Below, one piece after another: positions 1 to 9,476 of a DNA stretch of 64,000 nucleotides; the first letter of the stretch is position 1, and each line of letters opens with the position of its first letter. The DNA is taken from positions 1,914-65,913 of the forward strand of contig CACGGZ010000002.1 of NCBI GenBank assembly GCA_902572695.1, read 5' to 3'. Position numbers and translations under genes: made by a program. The stretch comes from an uncultured Pelagibacteraceae bacterium (GTDB lineage Bacteria; Pseudomonadota; Alphaproteobacteria; Pelagibacterales; Pelagibacteraceae). The notes beneath the pieces were generated by a model. That model searched no databases. It was not told the DNA's origin and saw only the letters and a list, made by a program, of their open reading frames with translations.

Positions 1-2
1 AA

Positions 3-158
3 GCCGCTATTAAAAAGGCTGAAAAATTAATTGCCACTAAAGGAAGAGTCTTAGTAAGAAAATCCGGTACTGAACCAAAAATTAGAATTATGGCAGAGTC
101 ATATGATAGACAATTAATATTCAAATGCATTAAAATTATTAGGAGATCGATAATTTAA
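3..158 (+). CDS. glmM: phosphoglucosamine mutase, C-terminal fragment (truncated by window start)
   Basis: Own translation from nt 3: AAIKKAEKLIATKGRVLVRKSGTEPKIRIMAE..., with the phosphohexomutase C-terminal RxSGTEP motif; TAA at 156-158; precedes thiD. Confidence 0.85.
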   Translation, partial: AAIKKAEKLIATKGRVLVRKSGTEPKIRIMAESYDRQLIFKCIKIIRRSII

Positions 159-159
159 A

Positions 160-975
160 TTGAAACCAAAATCAAAAATTTTAATAATTGCAGGTTCTGA
201 CTCCTCTGGAGGAGCAGGAATTCAGGCAGATATAAAAACAATTACTGCTTTAGGAAGTTATGCGATGACAGCAATAACTGCTGTTACATCTCAAAATACA
301 ACGGGTGTAAAATCTATCACTTCAATATCCCCAAAAGAAATAAGGAACCAAATATTATTCACATGTAAAGATATAAAACCAGATGCAGTTAAGATTGGAA
401 TGCTAAAATCTTCAAAAGTAATTTTAACAGTTTTAAATATTTTAAAAAAGATAAAAACAAAAAAAATTATTTTAGATCCTGTCATGATAGCAAAGGGAGG
501 ATATAAGTTGATCAATGATAAAGCTATAAAAACTTTAAGGGATAAAATGATACAAAAAGTACATCTTATTACCCCAAACATTCCTGAAGCGGAAGTTTTA
601 ACAAGAAAAAAAATTAAGTCTTTAAACGATATGATTGTGGCAGCAAAAATTTTACATAAAAAAGGTGCCAAAAATATTTTGATTAAAGGTGGCCATGGTA
701 ATAAAAAAATAATTAAAGATTTGTATTATAATGGTTCAAAAATTATTATATTTGAAAACAAAAAAATCAAAACTAAAAATACACATGGGACTGGATGCAC
801 ATTATCAAGTGCTATCACAACATTTTTTGCATGTGGAAAAACACTAAATAAATCCTGTGAGCTTGGAATCAAATATGTTAATCAATCAATTAAATCAAAT
901 CTAAGTTATGGTAAGGGACATGGACCGATTAATCACCTTAGTTCAATAACAGTAGATAGGAAATTTAAATTATGA
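160..975 (+). CDS. thiD: hydroxymethylpyrimidine/phosphomethylpyrimidine kinase
   Basis: [29 protein letters not shown] and [10 protein letters not shown] motifs; TTG start. Confidence 0.95.
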   Translation: MKPKSKILIIAGSDSSGGAGIQADIKTITALGSYAMTAITAVTSQNTTGVKSITSISPKEIRNQILFTCKDIKPDAVKIGMLKSSKVILTVLNILKKIKTKKIILDPVMIAKGGYKLINDKAIKTLRDKMIQKVHLITPNIPEAEVLTRKKIKSLNDMIVAAKILHKKGAKNILIKGGHGNKKIIKDLYYNGSKIIIFENKKIKTKNTHGTGCTLSSAITTFFACGKTLNKSCELGIKYVNQSIKSNLSYGKGHGPINHLSSITVDRKFKL

Positions 976-2258
976 GAAATGTTGTAGTTGTTGGTTCACA
1001 ATGGGGAGACGAAGGTAAGGGAAAAATTGTTGATTGGCTCTCTAGTGAAGCTGATGTCGTAGTTCGGTTTCAAGGTGGTCATAATGCAGGTCACACTTTA
1101 GTTATTGACGGGGTAACTTACAAGTTGAGATTGTTACCTTCTGGAATTGTGAGAAAAAACAAAATTTCAATTATTGGAAATGGAGTTGTTGTCGATCCTT
1201 GGGCTTTTTTGGATGAGATTTCTGAGATCAAATCTAAAGGTGTAAATGTTAATAATAAAAACTTAGTATTATCAGAGTCTGCAAATTTAATTCTTCCATA
1301 TCATCGTGAAATGGATGAGATTAGAGAAGATGCTGCTGGAAAAGCCAAAATTGGAACTACAAGAAGAGGTATTGGGCCCGCTTATGAGGACAAAGTTGGA
1401 AGAAGATCAATAAGAGTAATGGATTTAGTTTCTGAGAAGAATCTAGATCATAGATTAGAAACAGTCTTGACCCATCATAATGCAATTAGAAAAGGTTTAG
1501 GAAAAAAAATTTTTGATAAAGAAAAGTTAAAAAAAGATCTTTTAAAAATTGCTCCAGAAATTTTAAAATATTCTCAACCGGTCTGGAAATTACTTGATGA
1601 TCTTAAATCAAAAAAGAAAAAAATATTATTTGAGGGAGCTCAAGGTATTTTATTGGATGTTGATCATGGAACCTATCCATTTGTAACCTCTTCAAATACT
1701 GTTGCTTCAGCAGCAGCAACAGGAACAGGTTGTGGAGTAGATACTATAAATTATGTTCTAGGCATCACTAAGGCTTATACAACTAGAGTTGGTTCGGGGC
1801 CTTTTCCAACAGAATTAACAGAAGAAACAGGAGAATTATTAGGAAAAAGAGGAAATGAATTTGGAACGGTTACAAGTAGAAAAAGAAGGTGTGGTTGGTT
1901 TGATGGAGTTCTCGTTAGACAGACAATTAAAATTTCAGGAATAAACGGTATAGCATTAACGAAACTTGATGTTTTAGATGAATTTCCAGAGATAAAAATG
2001 TGTGTAGCTTATGAGTTGAATGGAAAGAAAATTGATTACTTGCCCTCTTCATTTGAGGATCAATTAAAAGTAAAACCAATTTATAAGAGATTTGAAGGTT
2101 GGAACCAGTCAACTAAAGGCATAAAAGACTTCGGTAAATTGCCTGACAATGCAAAAAAATATGTAACTTCATTAGAAAATTTTGTAGAAACTAAAATTTC
2201 AAGTATTTCTACAAGTCCAGAGAGAGAAGATACAATTTTAATTGAGAGTCCGTTTTAA
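972..2258 (+). CDS. purA: adenylosuccinate synthetase
   Basis: [28 protein letters not shown] and RRCGWFD motifs. Confidence 0.98.
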   Translation: MRNVVVVGSQWGDEGKGKIVDWLSSEADVVVRFQGGHNAGHTLVIDGVTYKLRLLPSGIVRKNKISIIGNGVVVDPWAFLDEISEIKSKGVNVNNKNLVLSESANLILPYHREMDEIREDAAGKAKIGTTRRGIGPAYEDKVGRRSIRVMDLVSEKNLDHRLETVLTHHNAIRKGLGKKIFDKEKLKKDLLKIAPEILKYSQPVWKLLDDLKSKKKKILFEGAQGILLDVDHGTYPFVTSSNTVASAAATGTGCGVDTINYVLGITKAYTTRVGSGPFPTELTEETGELLGKRGNEFGTVTSRKRRCGWFDGVLVRQTIKISGINGIALTKLDVLDEFPEIKMCVAYELNGKKIDYLPSSFEDQLKVKPIYKRFEGWNQSTKGIKDFGKLPDNAKKYVTSLENFVETKISSISTSPEREDTILIESPF

Positions 2259-3151
2259 TTTTTAGGTAGGAGATTTTTTGAATTTTTTGCATTTATCATA
2301 GATTTTTGCAATTTTTCAAACGCTTTAGTTTCAATTTGCCTTATTCTTTCTCTGCTTATTTTAAATTTTTTACTTAAGTCCTCTAATGTTTTTGGATTAT
2401 CAGTCAATCTTCTTGACTCTATAATCTTTCTTTCTCTTTCATCTAAAATATTTATTGCTTTATATAGCAATTCTTTTTTGTCTTGATACTCCTGTTTTTG
2501 TGAAATTAACAACTCTTGATCTAAATTTTCGTCAACCAACCAATCTTGCCATTCCTCAGACTCGCCGCTTTTAATAGGATCGTTTAATGATTTTTCTTGA
2601 CCCATCATACGTCTATTCATATTTATCACTTCCTCAGAGTCAACATCTAATCTGTCAGATATTTCTTTAACTTGATTATCTCTTAAATCACCATCTTGGT
2701 TAGGTGCAATTTGATTTTTTATTTTTTTTAAATTAAAAAAAAGTTTTTTTTGAGCAGTAGTTGTTCCCATTTTCACTAAACTCCAAGATCTTAAAACATA
2801 TTCTTGAATAGCTGCTTTTATCCACCACATAGCATAAGTTGCAAGTCTGAATCCTTTATCGGGGTCAAATTTTTTTACTGCTTGCATTAAACCAATATTA
2901 CCCTCGGATATTAATTCATTTACCGGAAGTCCATACCCTCTATAACCCATAGCAATTTTTGCTACCAATCTAAGATGACTTGTAACTAACTTATGAGCAG
3001 ACTTTAAATTACCATTATCTCTCCAATTTTTAGCGAGCATGTACTCTTCTTCTGCATCAAGCATTGGAAATTTTTTTATTTGAGATAAATAAATAGATAG
3101 TCCCCCGCTGGATGCTATAGGTAAATTTGGTATTTCATTTTTATTACTCAT
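2255..3151 (-). CDS. rpoH: heat-shock sigma factor sigma-32
   Basis: Sigma region 2 ([29 protein letters not shown]), RpoH box QKKLFFNLK, region 4 SRERIRQIE; downstream of rluD as in alphaproteobacteria. Confidence 0.96.
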   Translation of the reverse strand: MSNKNEIPNLPIASSGGLSIYLSQIKKFPMLDAEEEYMLAKNWRDNGNLKSAHKLVTSHLRLVAKIAMGYRGYGLPVNELISEGNIGLMQAVKKFDPDKGFRLATYAMWWIKAAIQEYVLRSWSLVKMGTTTAQKKLFFNLKKIKNQIAPNQDGDLRDNQVKEISDRLDVDSEEVINMNRRMMGQEKSLNDPIKSGESEEWQDWLVDENLDQELLISQKQEYQDKKELLYKAINILDERERKIIESRRLTDNPKTLEDLSKKFKISRERIRQIETKAFEKLQKSMINAKNSKNLLPKN

Positions 3152-3185
3152 AATTACAATATATATATTTTATTTTTCTAATATT

Positions 3186-4169
3186 TCAATCTGTAAGTTT
3201 TTCAAATAAATTAAGCATATTTTGAAAAAGCGCAGGGGGATTGCATTTAAATTTCATTAATTTTTTTTTTGTTGGATGAATGAAATTTAACTTTTCTGCA
3301 TGTAAAGCTTGTCCTTTAAGATTATTTAAAATTTTTTCAAACTCAAGATCAATTTTTTTAAAATTATATTTTTTGTGTCTATACTGCATATCACCAATTA
3401 AACTAGTTTTTTTGTAATTCATATGAACTCTAATCTGATGTGTTCTGCCTGTTTCTAAACGAAATTGCACAAGACTTACTTTAGGTAATTTCTTTGAAAA
3501 GTAAACTTTGAGAGTTTGATAATTTGTGATTGCTTTTTTTCCTCTTTTATCACTATTGGTCATAAGTTGTCTATTTTTATCACTTCTAGTAATTAGTGTT
3601 TCAATTTTTCCATTTAATGGCCTCAAAGACCCCCATACCAAACCCAAATAATCTCTTTCTATTGAGTGGTCATGAAACTGTTTACCAAGATTTGAGTGAG
3701 ATATATTATTTTTCGCAATCACTATTATTCCACTAGTATTTTTATCTATTCTGTGAATTATACCTGGTCTAAGTTTCCCACTTAAATTTGAAAGATTATT
3801 TTTAAATTTGTACAGAAGACCGTTGACTAAAGTATTATCATAATTTCCTGCCCCTGGATGAACAACCAAACCAACGGGTTTATTTATAACAATTACATCC
3901 TCATCGTGATAAAGTATTTCAAATTCAACTTTTTTTGGTAATATTTCTCTTTCTTTTTGAATAATTTGCTCAAAGCAAATCTCGTCGTTTAGTCTAATTT
4001 TTTTTGAGGGAAATTTTGTTACAACTGAATTGATCCTTACACCTCCAATGCTAATAATTTTTTTAATATATGTTCTAGTTAAATTCTTAATTTTTTCTGA
4101 CAAGAATACATCGAGTCTTTTATTTATGTCATTTAAAGAGGCTGAGATTTTGATTGTTTTATAGTTCAT
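3186..4169 (-). CDS. rluD: RluA/RluD-family 23S rRNA pseudouridine synthase
   Basis: N-terminal S4 domain (RLDVFL), NKPxGLVVHPG, catalytic HRID, TGRTHQIRVH. Confidence 0.93.
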   Translation of the reverse strand: MNYKTIKISASLNDINKRLDVFLSEKIKNLTRTYIKKIISIGGVRINSVVTKFPSKKIRLNDEICFEQIIQKEREILPKKVEFEILYHDEDVIVINKPVGLVVHPGAGNYDNTLVNGLLYKFKNNLSNLSGKLRPGIIHRIDKNTSGIIVIAKNNISHSNLGKQFHDHSIERDYLGLVWGSLRPLNGKIETLITRSDKNRQLMTNSDKRGKKAITNYQTLKVYFSKKLPKVSLVQFRLETGRTHQIRVHMNYKKTSLIGDMQYRHKKYNFKKIDLEFEKILNNLKGQALHAEKLNFIHPTKKKLMKFKCNPPALFQNMLNLFEKLTD

Positions 4170-4182
4170 ATTTTTTTAAAAT
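4154..4182 (+). promoter_or_regulatory. putative sigma70 promoter of tRNA-Arg, overlapping the rluD start codon
   Basis: TTGTTT(4154-59)-N17-TAAAAT(4177-82), 8 nt before the tRNA 5' end. Confidence 0.45.
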
Positions 4183-4190
4183 TAGTTTTT

Positions 4191-4267
4191 GCGCCTGTAG
4201 CTCAACTGGATAGAGCGTCTGACTTCGGATCAGAAGGTTGAGGGTTCAAATCCTTCCGGGCGCACCA
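4191..4267 (+). tRNA. tRNA-Arg, anticodon TCG
   Basis: GCGCCTG acceptor stem pairs with CGGGCGC; D arm GCTC..GAGC; anticodon stem TCTGA/TCAGA with loop CTTCGGA; T loop GTTCAAATC; encoded CCA. Confidence 0.95.
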
Positions 4268-4278
4268 TGCTGAATTAA

Positions 4279-5082
4279 TCAAATTATCCATTTATCCAAC
4301 TTTCTTAAATTTTCTCTAATATATTTTGGAAAATTTTTATCAATTTTGATTTTTTGAAGTTTATATCCTCTATTGAAAATATCTTTATTATTTTTAATTT
4401 TCTCCTCAATTAAACTTTTTTCAATTAAATCAGGTTTATTAAACTCTCCATGTGAATAAGATTTTATTTTTTCTATTATCTCATCAGTATGCTGTAAAAA
4501 GGAAAAGTGCCATCCGCCTTTAATAATTTGCAAGTTATATTTATCAAATCTCCAAAAAGGATAATTTTTAAATTTCATATCTCTTAAATGTTGCATCATA
4601 GAGATATTTTTTTTTAGAGCAATTCTCGAACCAATCCAATTTGACTCGTTTACATTCTGTAAGTTTAATTTATACATAAACATCATTTGTGAAAAAGCTA
4701 TAAATTTCTTTTTTGGATTTATTTCATTTAATTTTTCAAGATCAGGTATTTCATCGCTATCTGACAATATAACCAAATCATTATCATTTGCTTTTTTTAA
4801 GCCTTGAAAGAGTGAATTTCTCTGATGTTGTTCAATTTGAGACTCTCCACCTAAATGATTTATAAAGTTTTTATCTTTTTTATATTCGGCAACTATATAT
4901 ATAATTTTATTTTTATATTTTGTGAAATTATTAATATTAAATTTTAATTTTTTTTCATCACCTTGATGAGTTTTTGTAGACTCAGAGATAACGAAATAAT
5001 CCACATATTTATCAAGAATATTAAATCTTAAATCTAAAATATGGTCTTCGTTAAAATATTGAAAACAATCGTATATAGCCAT
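4279..5082 (-). CDS. glycosyltransferase family 17-like protein (beta-1,4-GlcNAc transferase III homolog)
   Basis: IYDCFQYFNE..LDLR..VDYFVISES.KTHQG, EQHQRN, ILSDSDEIP (DxD) and GGWHFSF are the typical GT17 blocks. Confidence 0.85.
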   Translation of the reverse strand: MAIYDCFQYFNEDHILDLRFNILDKYVDYFVISESTKTHQGDEKKLKFNINNFTKYKNKIIYIVAEYKKDKNFINHLGGESQIEQHQRNSLFQGLKKANDNDLVILSDSDEIPDLEKLNEINPKKKFIAFSQMMFMYKLNLQNVNESNWIGSRIALKKNISMMQHLRDMKFKNYPFWRFDKYNLQIIKGGWHFSFLQHTDEIIEKIKSYSHGEFNKPDLIEKSLIEEKIKNNKDIFNRGYKLQKIKIDKNFPKYIRENLRKLDKWII

Positions 5083-6020
5083 TAATAAAAATATCTATCC
5101 TCGTACTTATTTAAAAATTTCTTTTCATCTAAATCTAACTCTTCAGAAATAAGTTGAAGAAATTTTATTTGACCAAAAATCATCATTAAGGACAAAAATT
5201 TTTCTTTATTATCCAAAATAATTTTTTTTCCAAACGAACTTTTAAAATTAGGTATAAACAGCATTTCCATTTCTACAGGTGTTCTAGAAACATGATCACC
5301 AATTTTTTTCCAATCACATAATATATAATCTCGACTAGTTAAAAAACTCAAAAGTTCGGTCCACCTCGGTACATTTTTGTATGCAGAAAAAATTTGCACC
5401 TCTACTCTTATTAAAATAGGATTATATTTTTTCATCCCTTTTAAAATTTCTAGTTCAGAACCTTGTGTATCAATTTTTAAATAATCAATTTTTTTTATAT
5501 TAAGATCCTCTAAAGAATTGTCGATAGTATCACACTTAATTTCAACTGTTTCGGTAATTTTAAAATTTTTTAATTCTTTAGAATTGTATCCATACATTTT
5601 TAAATTTGAATCCGATGGTTCATAAATTGAGGAACTGCCTAATCTATTTCCTAAAATAAATAATTTTTTTTTTATATTTGAACTCCAAATTCCTTTGCTA
5701 ATAACATATTTATAATTTTTTTTCAGTTTGTCTGCTTCTTTTGGGATAGGTTCTACCATTATCGGTTCAAAAAAAGATTTATATTTATTGTGAAAAAATT
5801 CATCAGAATTAAAACCTCCTTGCGCACCTATATCTAAAGCAAATATCTTTCTATCTTTAAGTAAAATCTTAATTTCATTTTTAAAATTATAATTATTATT
5901 TGAGGAAAAACTTTTATCTTCTAGATAATTTATAACTCTCCTGTTTACTCTTAATAACAGAAATAAATTAGATAATGTTGGCAAAATCAATTTAATGATA
6001 CTTCTAAAAATTTTATACAA
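5082..6020 (-). CDS. FkbM-family SAM-dependent methyltransferase
   Basis: ALDIGAQGG SAM motif, VEP, IDYLKIDTQGSELEILKG. Confidence 0.85.
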   Translation of the reverse strand: MYKIFRSIIKLILPTLSNLFLLLRVNRRVINYLEDKSFSSNNNYNFKNEIKILLKDRKIFALDIGAQGGFNSDEFFHNKYKSFFEPIMVEPIPKEADKLKKNYKYVISKGIWSSNIKKKLFILGNRLGSSSIYEPSDSNLKMYGYNSKELKNFKITETVEIKCDTIDNSLEDLNIKKIDYLKIDTQGSELEILKGMKKYNPILIRVEVQIFSAYKNVPRWTELLSFLTSRDYILCDWKKIGDHVSRTPVEMEMLFIPNFKSSFGKKIILDNKEKFLSLMMIFGQIKFLQLISEELDLDEKKFLNKYEDRYFY

Positions 6021-6038
6021 ATTTTATCCTTTATATAT

Positions 6039-6767
6039 TTATTTTTTAGTAAAGGTTGTTAATCCAATTTTTTTTCCCTCTATTTTATCAGAAGAACAGT
6101 GGAGATTTGTTCTGTCAAATATTAACATTGATCCGATCTCCCATTCAAAAACCATTTCAATTTCCAAACCTGCTAGATTTTCAATGTTCTCGTGTTTTAA
6201 ATATTTATTATAGTCTTCAACTTTAAATGGTTTTTTATCAAAAATACTCAAATGCTCCTTGGATCTTATATTTTGGCCATAATTTAATTTGGTTTTTTTT
6301 AACTCGTTTTCATCCATTGTAAAATTTGTTGAATTTCCATAAAACTTATTTTTAAATATAACCGTACTTCCAATAGAAGTTAGAGGAACAAGAGTTTGTT
6401 TATATATAACTTCTTTTGAATTAAAACCTGCATCTACGTGCAAGCCAATCGGGTTATAGCTTTCTTGAAATAAACCAAAATTATCTTCACCAGTTTCTGT
6501 TTTTAAATTATCTAAACGAAAATCACCAATTTCATTTTGAAGTCTCCTAGTAAATTTATCTTCTAAATCTTTGTTAAAGTTTTTTAACCATCTCTTTTTA
6601 ATAACATTTTGTTTTTTATTGTGAACCGTAGTTGGTAATTTTTTATATAAATCCAAAAAGTCATTTATTTCATTTTTACTAAAAAGATTTTTTAAAATTT
6701 TTGGTTTAGACTCTAATCTTTTAATTTCATCGATTTTTTCATGATCTTTATTTATTTTATCACTCAT
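6039..6767 (-). CDS. hypothetical protein, probable 2OG-Fe(II) oxygenase fold
   Basis: HxD (GLHVDAG) plus distal His in GSMLIFDRTNLHCS and a following basic strand (KKIGLT), matching the facial-triad layout. Confidence 0.55.
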   Translation of the reverse strand: MSDKINKDHEKIDEIKRLESKPKILKNLFSKNEINDFLDLYKKLPTTVHNKKQNVIKKRWLKNFNKDLEDKFTRRLQNEIGDFRLDNLKTETGEDNFGLFQESYNPIGLHVDAGFNSKEVIYKQTLVPLTSIGSTVIFKNKFYGNSTNFTMDENELKKTKLNYGQNIRSKEHLSIFDKKPFKVEDYNKYLKHENIENLAGLEIEMVFEWEIGSMLIFDRTNLHCSSDKIEGKKIGLTTFTKK

Positions 6768-6770
6768 AAA

Positions 6771-7562
6771 TTATTCACCCATATTAATTAACGTACCTCT
6801 ATTTTTAGCACCAAAATAGGAAACATAAAAAATTATTACACCAAAAATGAAGTAAATTATAGAAAGAGATATTGATCTAATTATGTCAATATTATTTACT
6901 TCACCAGTCATTAAAATACTCCTCATTTCCTCAAATATATGAACCAAAGGCAAACATTTCGCAATTATTTGTAATACATCAGGCAAGATTTCAATTGGAT
7001 AATAAATACAGCCAAGAGGAGCTAAAAAAAATAAACTAGCCCATGCAATATTTTCAAAAGATGGACCAAATCTTAATAATCCCGAGGTCACCAATAAACC
7101 CAAACTAATACCAAATAAATAAAGTGCGATTAATAAAAACAACAGAGGTGCTCCCAATTTAAAAACTGAGACACCAAATAATGGAACGGCTAAGATTACA
7201 GCTGGGATAAGACCAATTAGAGTTCTTAATATAGCAGTTAATGTCAACGAAGTTATAATTTCACTTATTTTGATTGGTGCGATAAATAAATTTGTAAAAT
7301 TTCTGCTCCATATCTCTTCTAAGAACATCATATTAAAACTTATACTAGCTCTGAATAAAAAATCGTATAAAATTGCTGCAGTAAGAATAATTCCCACCGT
7401 GTTACTATAATAATCTGAGTTTAAAGTAAAAAATTTTGATATAAAACCCCACAAAAATATTTGAACAGTAGGCCAATAAATTAAGTCTAAAATTCTAGGA
7501 AATGAATTACTGATAAGGTATAAGTGTCTCAAACCAAGAGCATAAATTTTTTTAAAGTTCAT
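6771..7562 (-). CDS. ABC-2 type exporter permease
   Basis: About six hydrophobic segments, EEIWSRNFTNLFIAP, YYPIEILP..LQ..AKCLPL. Confidence 0.88.
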   Translation of the reverse strand: MNFKKIYALGLRHLYLISNSFPRILDLIYWPTVQIFLWGFISKFFTLNSDYYSNTVGIILTAAILYDFLFRASISFNMMFLEEIWSRNFTNLFIAPIKISEIITSLTLTAILRTLIGLIPAVILAVPLFGVSVFKLGAPLLFLLIALYLFGISLGLLVTSGLLRFGPSFENIAWASLFFLAPLGCIYYPIEILPDVLQIIAKCLPLVHIFEEMRSILMTGEVNNIDIIRSISLSIIYFIFGVIIFYVSYFGAKNRGTLINMGE

Positions 7563-8283
7563 CTTTACCTCTCGCTAATTTTAAAAAGGTTTGCTCAAGA
7601 TCGTTTCTACCATGTTTTTTAATAATTTGTTCACATGTTCCTTTGTCAATTATCTTCCCTTTTTTCATCATGATTATACTGTCACAAAGCCTTTCAACTT
7701 CACTCATATTATGAGAAGCAAGTAAAATCGTGACATGATTTTTTGATTGATAGTCTTGAATGTAACTTCTAATAAAATCTCCTATGTCGGGATCTAAACT
7801 AGCCGTAGGTTCATCAAGAAGCAAAATTTCAGGTTTGTTTATTAATGACTTAGCCAAAGAAACCCTATTTTTTTGACCAGATGATAATTCTCCCGTTTTT
7901 TTTTTAAAAAAGTTTTTTATATCTAAATCCTCAGATATTTCCTCAATTCTTTCCTCTAAATTTTTAATTCCATAAAGCCTACCATAAACCTCCAAATTTT
8001 GTTGAACAGTGAGTTTTTTTGGTAATTCAATATAAGGAGATGCAAAGTTAATCCTAACTAAAATTTCATCTCTGCTATACTCATTTAAATTTTTACCATC
8101 TATTATAATTTCACCTTCACTCGGCCTTATCAAACCTAATAGCATGCCTATAGTAGTTGTTTTTCCACAACCATTAGGCCCCAAAAGACCCAATGTTTTA
8201 TTTTTTTCAATATTTAAATTTATATTATTAACTGCAATAGTATCGTTAAATTTTTTAGAAAGATTTTTTACTTGTATAAACAT
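7552..8283 (-). CDS. ABC exporter ATP-binding protein
   Basis: Walker A GPNGCGKTT, signature LSSGQ, Walker B LLLDEPT, SH switch. Confidence 0.93.
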   Translation of the reverse strand: MFIQVKNLSKKFNDTIAVNNINLNIEKNKTLGLLGPNGCGKTTTIGMLLGLIRPSEGEIIIDGKNLNEYSRDEILVRINFASPYIELPKKLTVQQNLEVYGRLYGIKNLEERIEEISEDLDIKNFFKKKTGELSSGQKNRVSLAKSLINKPEILLLDEPTASLDPDIGDFIRSYIQDYQSKNHVTILLASHNMSEVERLCDSIIMMKKGKIIDKGTCEQIIKKHGRNDLEQTFLKLARGKDEL

Positions 8284-9236
8284 TAGTTTGCAGCTCTTTT
8301 TAATCTGTCATTTATTGCTAACCCAATTTTTGATTTTGGAATCTTAACAACATAAATTTTTTTATACTTCAATTTTTTTATTTTTCTTAGAGTTGAATAT
8401 AAATTCTTTGCTGCTTCATTAAGATCTGAATTTAAACTTAAGTTAAACGAGTTTTTTGTCACAGGATATTTCTTTCCAAGGGTTATGAATGCATATTTTT
8501 TTGGAGCTTTTCTTACATTTAATTTTAAAGGGATTCCTGGAGAATAGTGCTTTTTTAATGATCCAGGAGATAAAATTTTTTTTGATTTTTTATTTAAAGT
8601 TACTTTTTTTCTTAAAACTTTTTCAATTTCTTTCGCAGTTATTAGTCCAGGTCTTAATATTCTTAATTTCCCAGCTAGATCTACAACGGTTGACTCTAAA
8701 CCTATTTTACATTTTCCACCATTGATGATGATCTTAATTTTTTTTTTAAAATCATCGTAAACATCAAGAGCACTAACAGGGCTAGTGTGTGAAGATTTAT
8801 TGGCACTAGGAATAGCTAAAGGAAAATTAATACTTTTTAAAATAGATCTTATTATAGAATTATTAGGAAATCTTATAGCAACCGTTTCTAAATTTGACGT
8901 TGCTAAGTCAGATAATTTATTTTTCTTTTTCTTTTTAAGTATATAGGTTAAAGGCCCAGGGCTAAAATTTTTATATAATTTTAAAAAATTTTGATTAATT
9001 TTAACATCTTTCTTTGCATCATTAATACTGTAATAATGAATTATAAGTGGATTAATTTTAGGTCTCTTTTTTAATTTATAAATTTTTTTTACGGCTGAAT
9101 TGGAATATGCATTTCCCGCTAATCCATAAACAGTTTCAGTTGGTAAAGCTACTAACGTATCTTTCCTTAATAATTTTACTATTTTTAATAAACAGTGTTT
9201 ATTGAAACTTAATATATTTGAATAGATATTTTTCAT
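8283..9236 (-). CDS. sua5: threonylcarbamoyl-AMP synthase (Sua5-type TsaC)
   Basis: PTETVYGL, KKRP..NPLI, PGPLT, PSAN, ILRPG and SUA5 linker SPG...HYSP. Confidence 0.93.
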   Translation of the reverse strand: MKNIYSNILSFNKHCLLKIVKLLRKDTLVALPTETVYGLAGNAYSNSAVKKIYKLKKRPKINPLIIHYYSINDAKKDVKINQNFLKLYKNFSPGPLTYILKKKKKNKLSDLATSNLETVAIRFPNNSIIRSILKSINFPLAIPSANKSSHTSPVSALDVYDDFKKKIKIIINGGKCKIGLESTVVDLAGKLRILRPGLITAKEIEKVLRKKVTLNKKSKKILSPGSLKKHYSPGIPLKLNVRKAPKKYAFITLGKKYPVTKNSFNLSLNSDLNEAAKNLYSTLRKIKKLKYKKIYVVKIPKSKIGLAINDRLKRAAN

Positions 9237-9257
9237 AATGTTACTATTATATGCTAA

Positions 9258-9476
9258 ATGAAATTTGAAAATATTCCAGCTGATATTAAAAGTAAATCTC
9301 TAAAAGAAGCAAGAGAAGAAATTGACAATATTATTAGCAAATTAGAAAAGAATCAAAATAATCTTGAAGAGTTTAAAAAAAACTACGAGAGATTAATGAA
9401 ACTCAATAACTATGTTAATGTTCTTTACCAAAGAAAAATGAAAGATTTAACAAAAAATAACAAGACAAAAAATTGA
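9258..9476 (+). CDS. xseB: exodeoxyribonuclease VII small subunit-like protein
   Basis: 72-aa coiled coil (SLKEAREEIDNIISKLE); canonical xseB-ispA-dxs order. Confidence 0.7.
   Translation: MKFENIPADIKSKSLKEAREEIDNIISKLEKNQNNLEEFKKNYERLMKLNNYVNVLYQRKMKDLTKNNKTKN

Noticed and set aside
7896-7920. Long A/T homopolymer runs in CDSs as phase-variation or frameshift sites
   Set aside because: Such runs are ubiquitous Lys/Phe codon strings in this AT-rich genome and all frames are intact
4240-9236. Possible integrative element at tRNA-Arg
   Set aside because: No integrase, no visible duplicated tRNA 3' end (att), and the cassette is coupled to the core gene sua5
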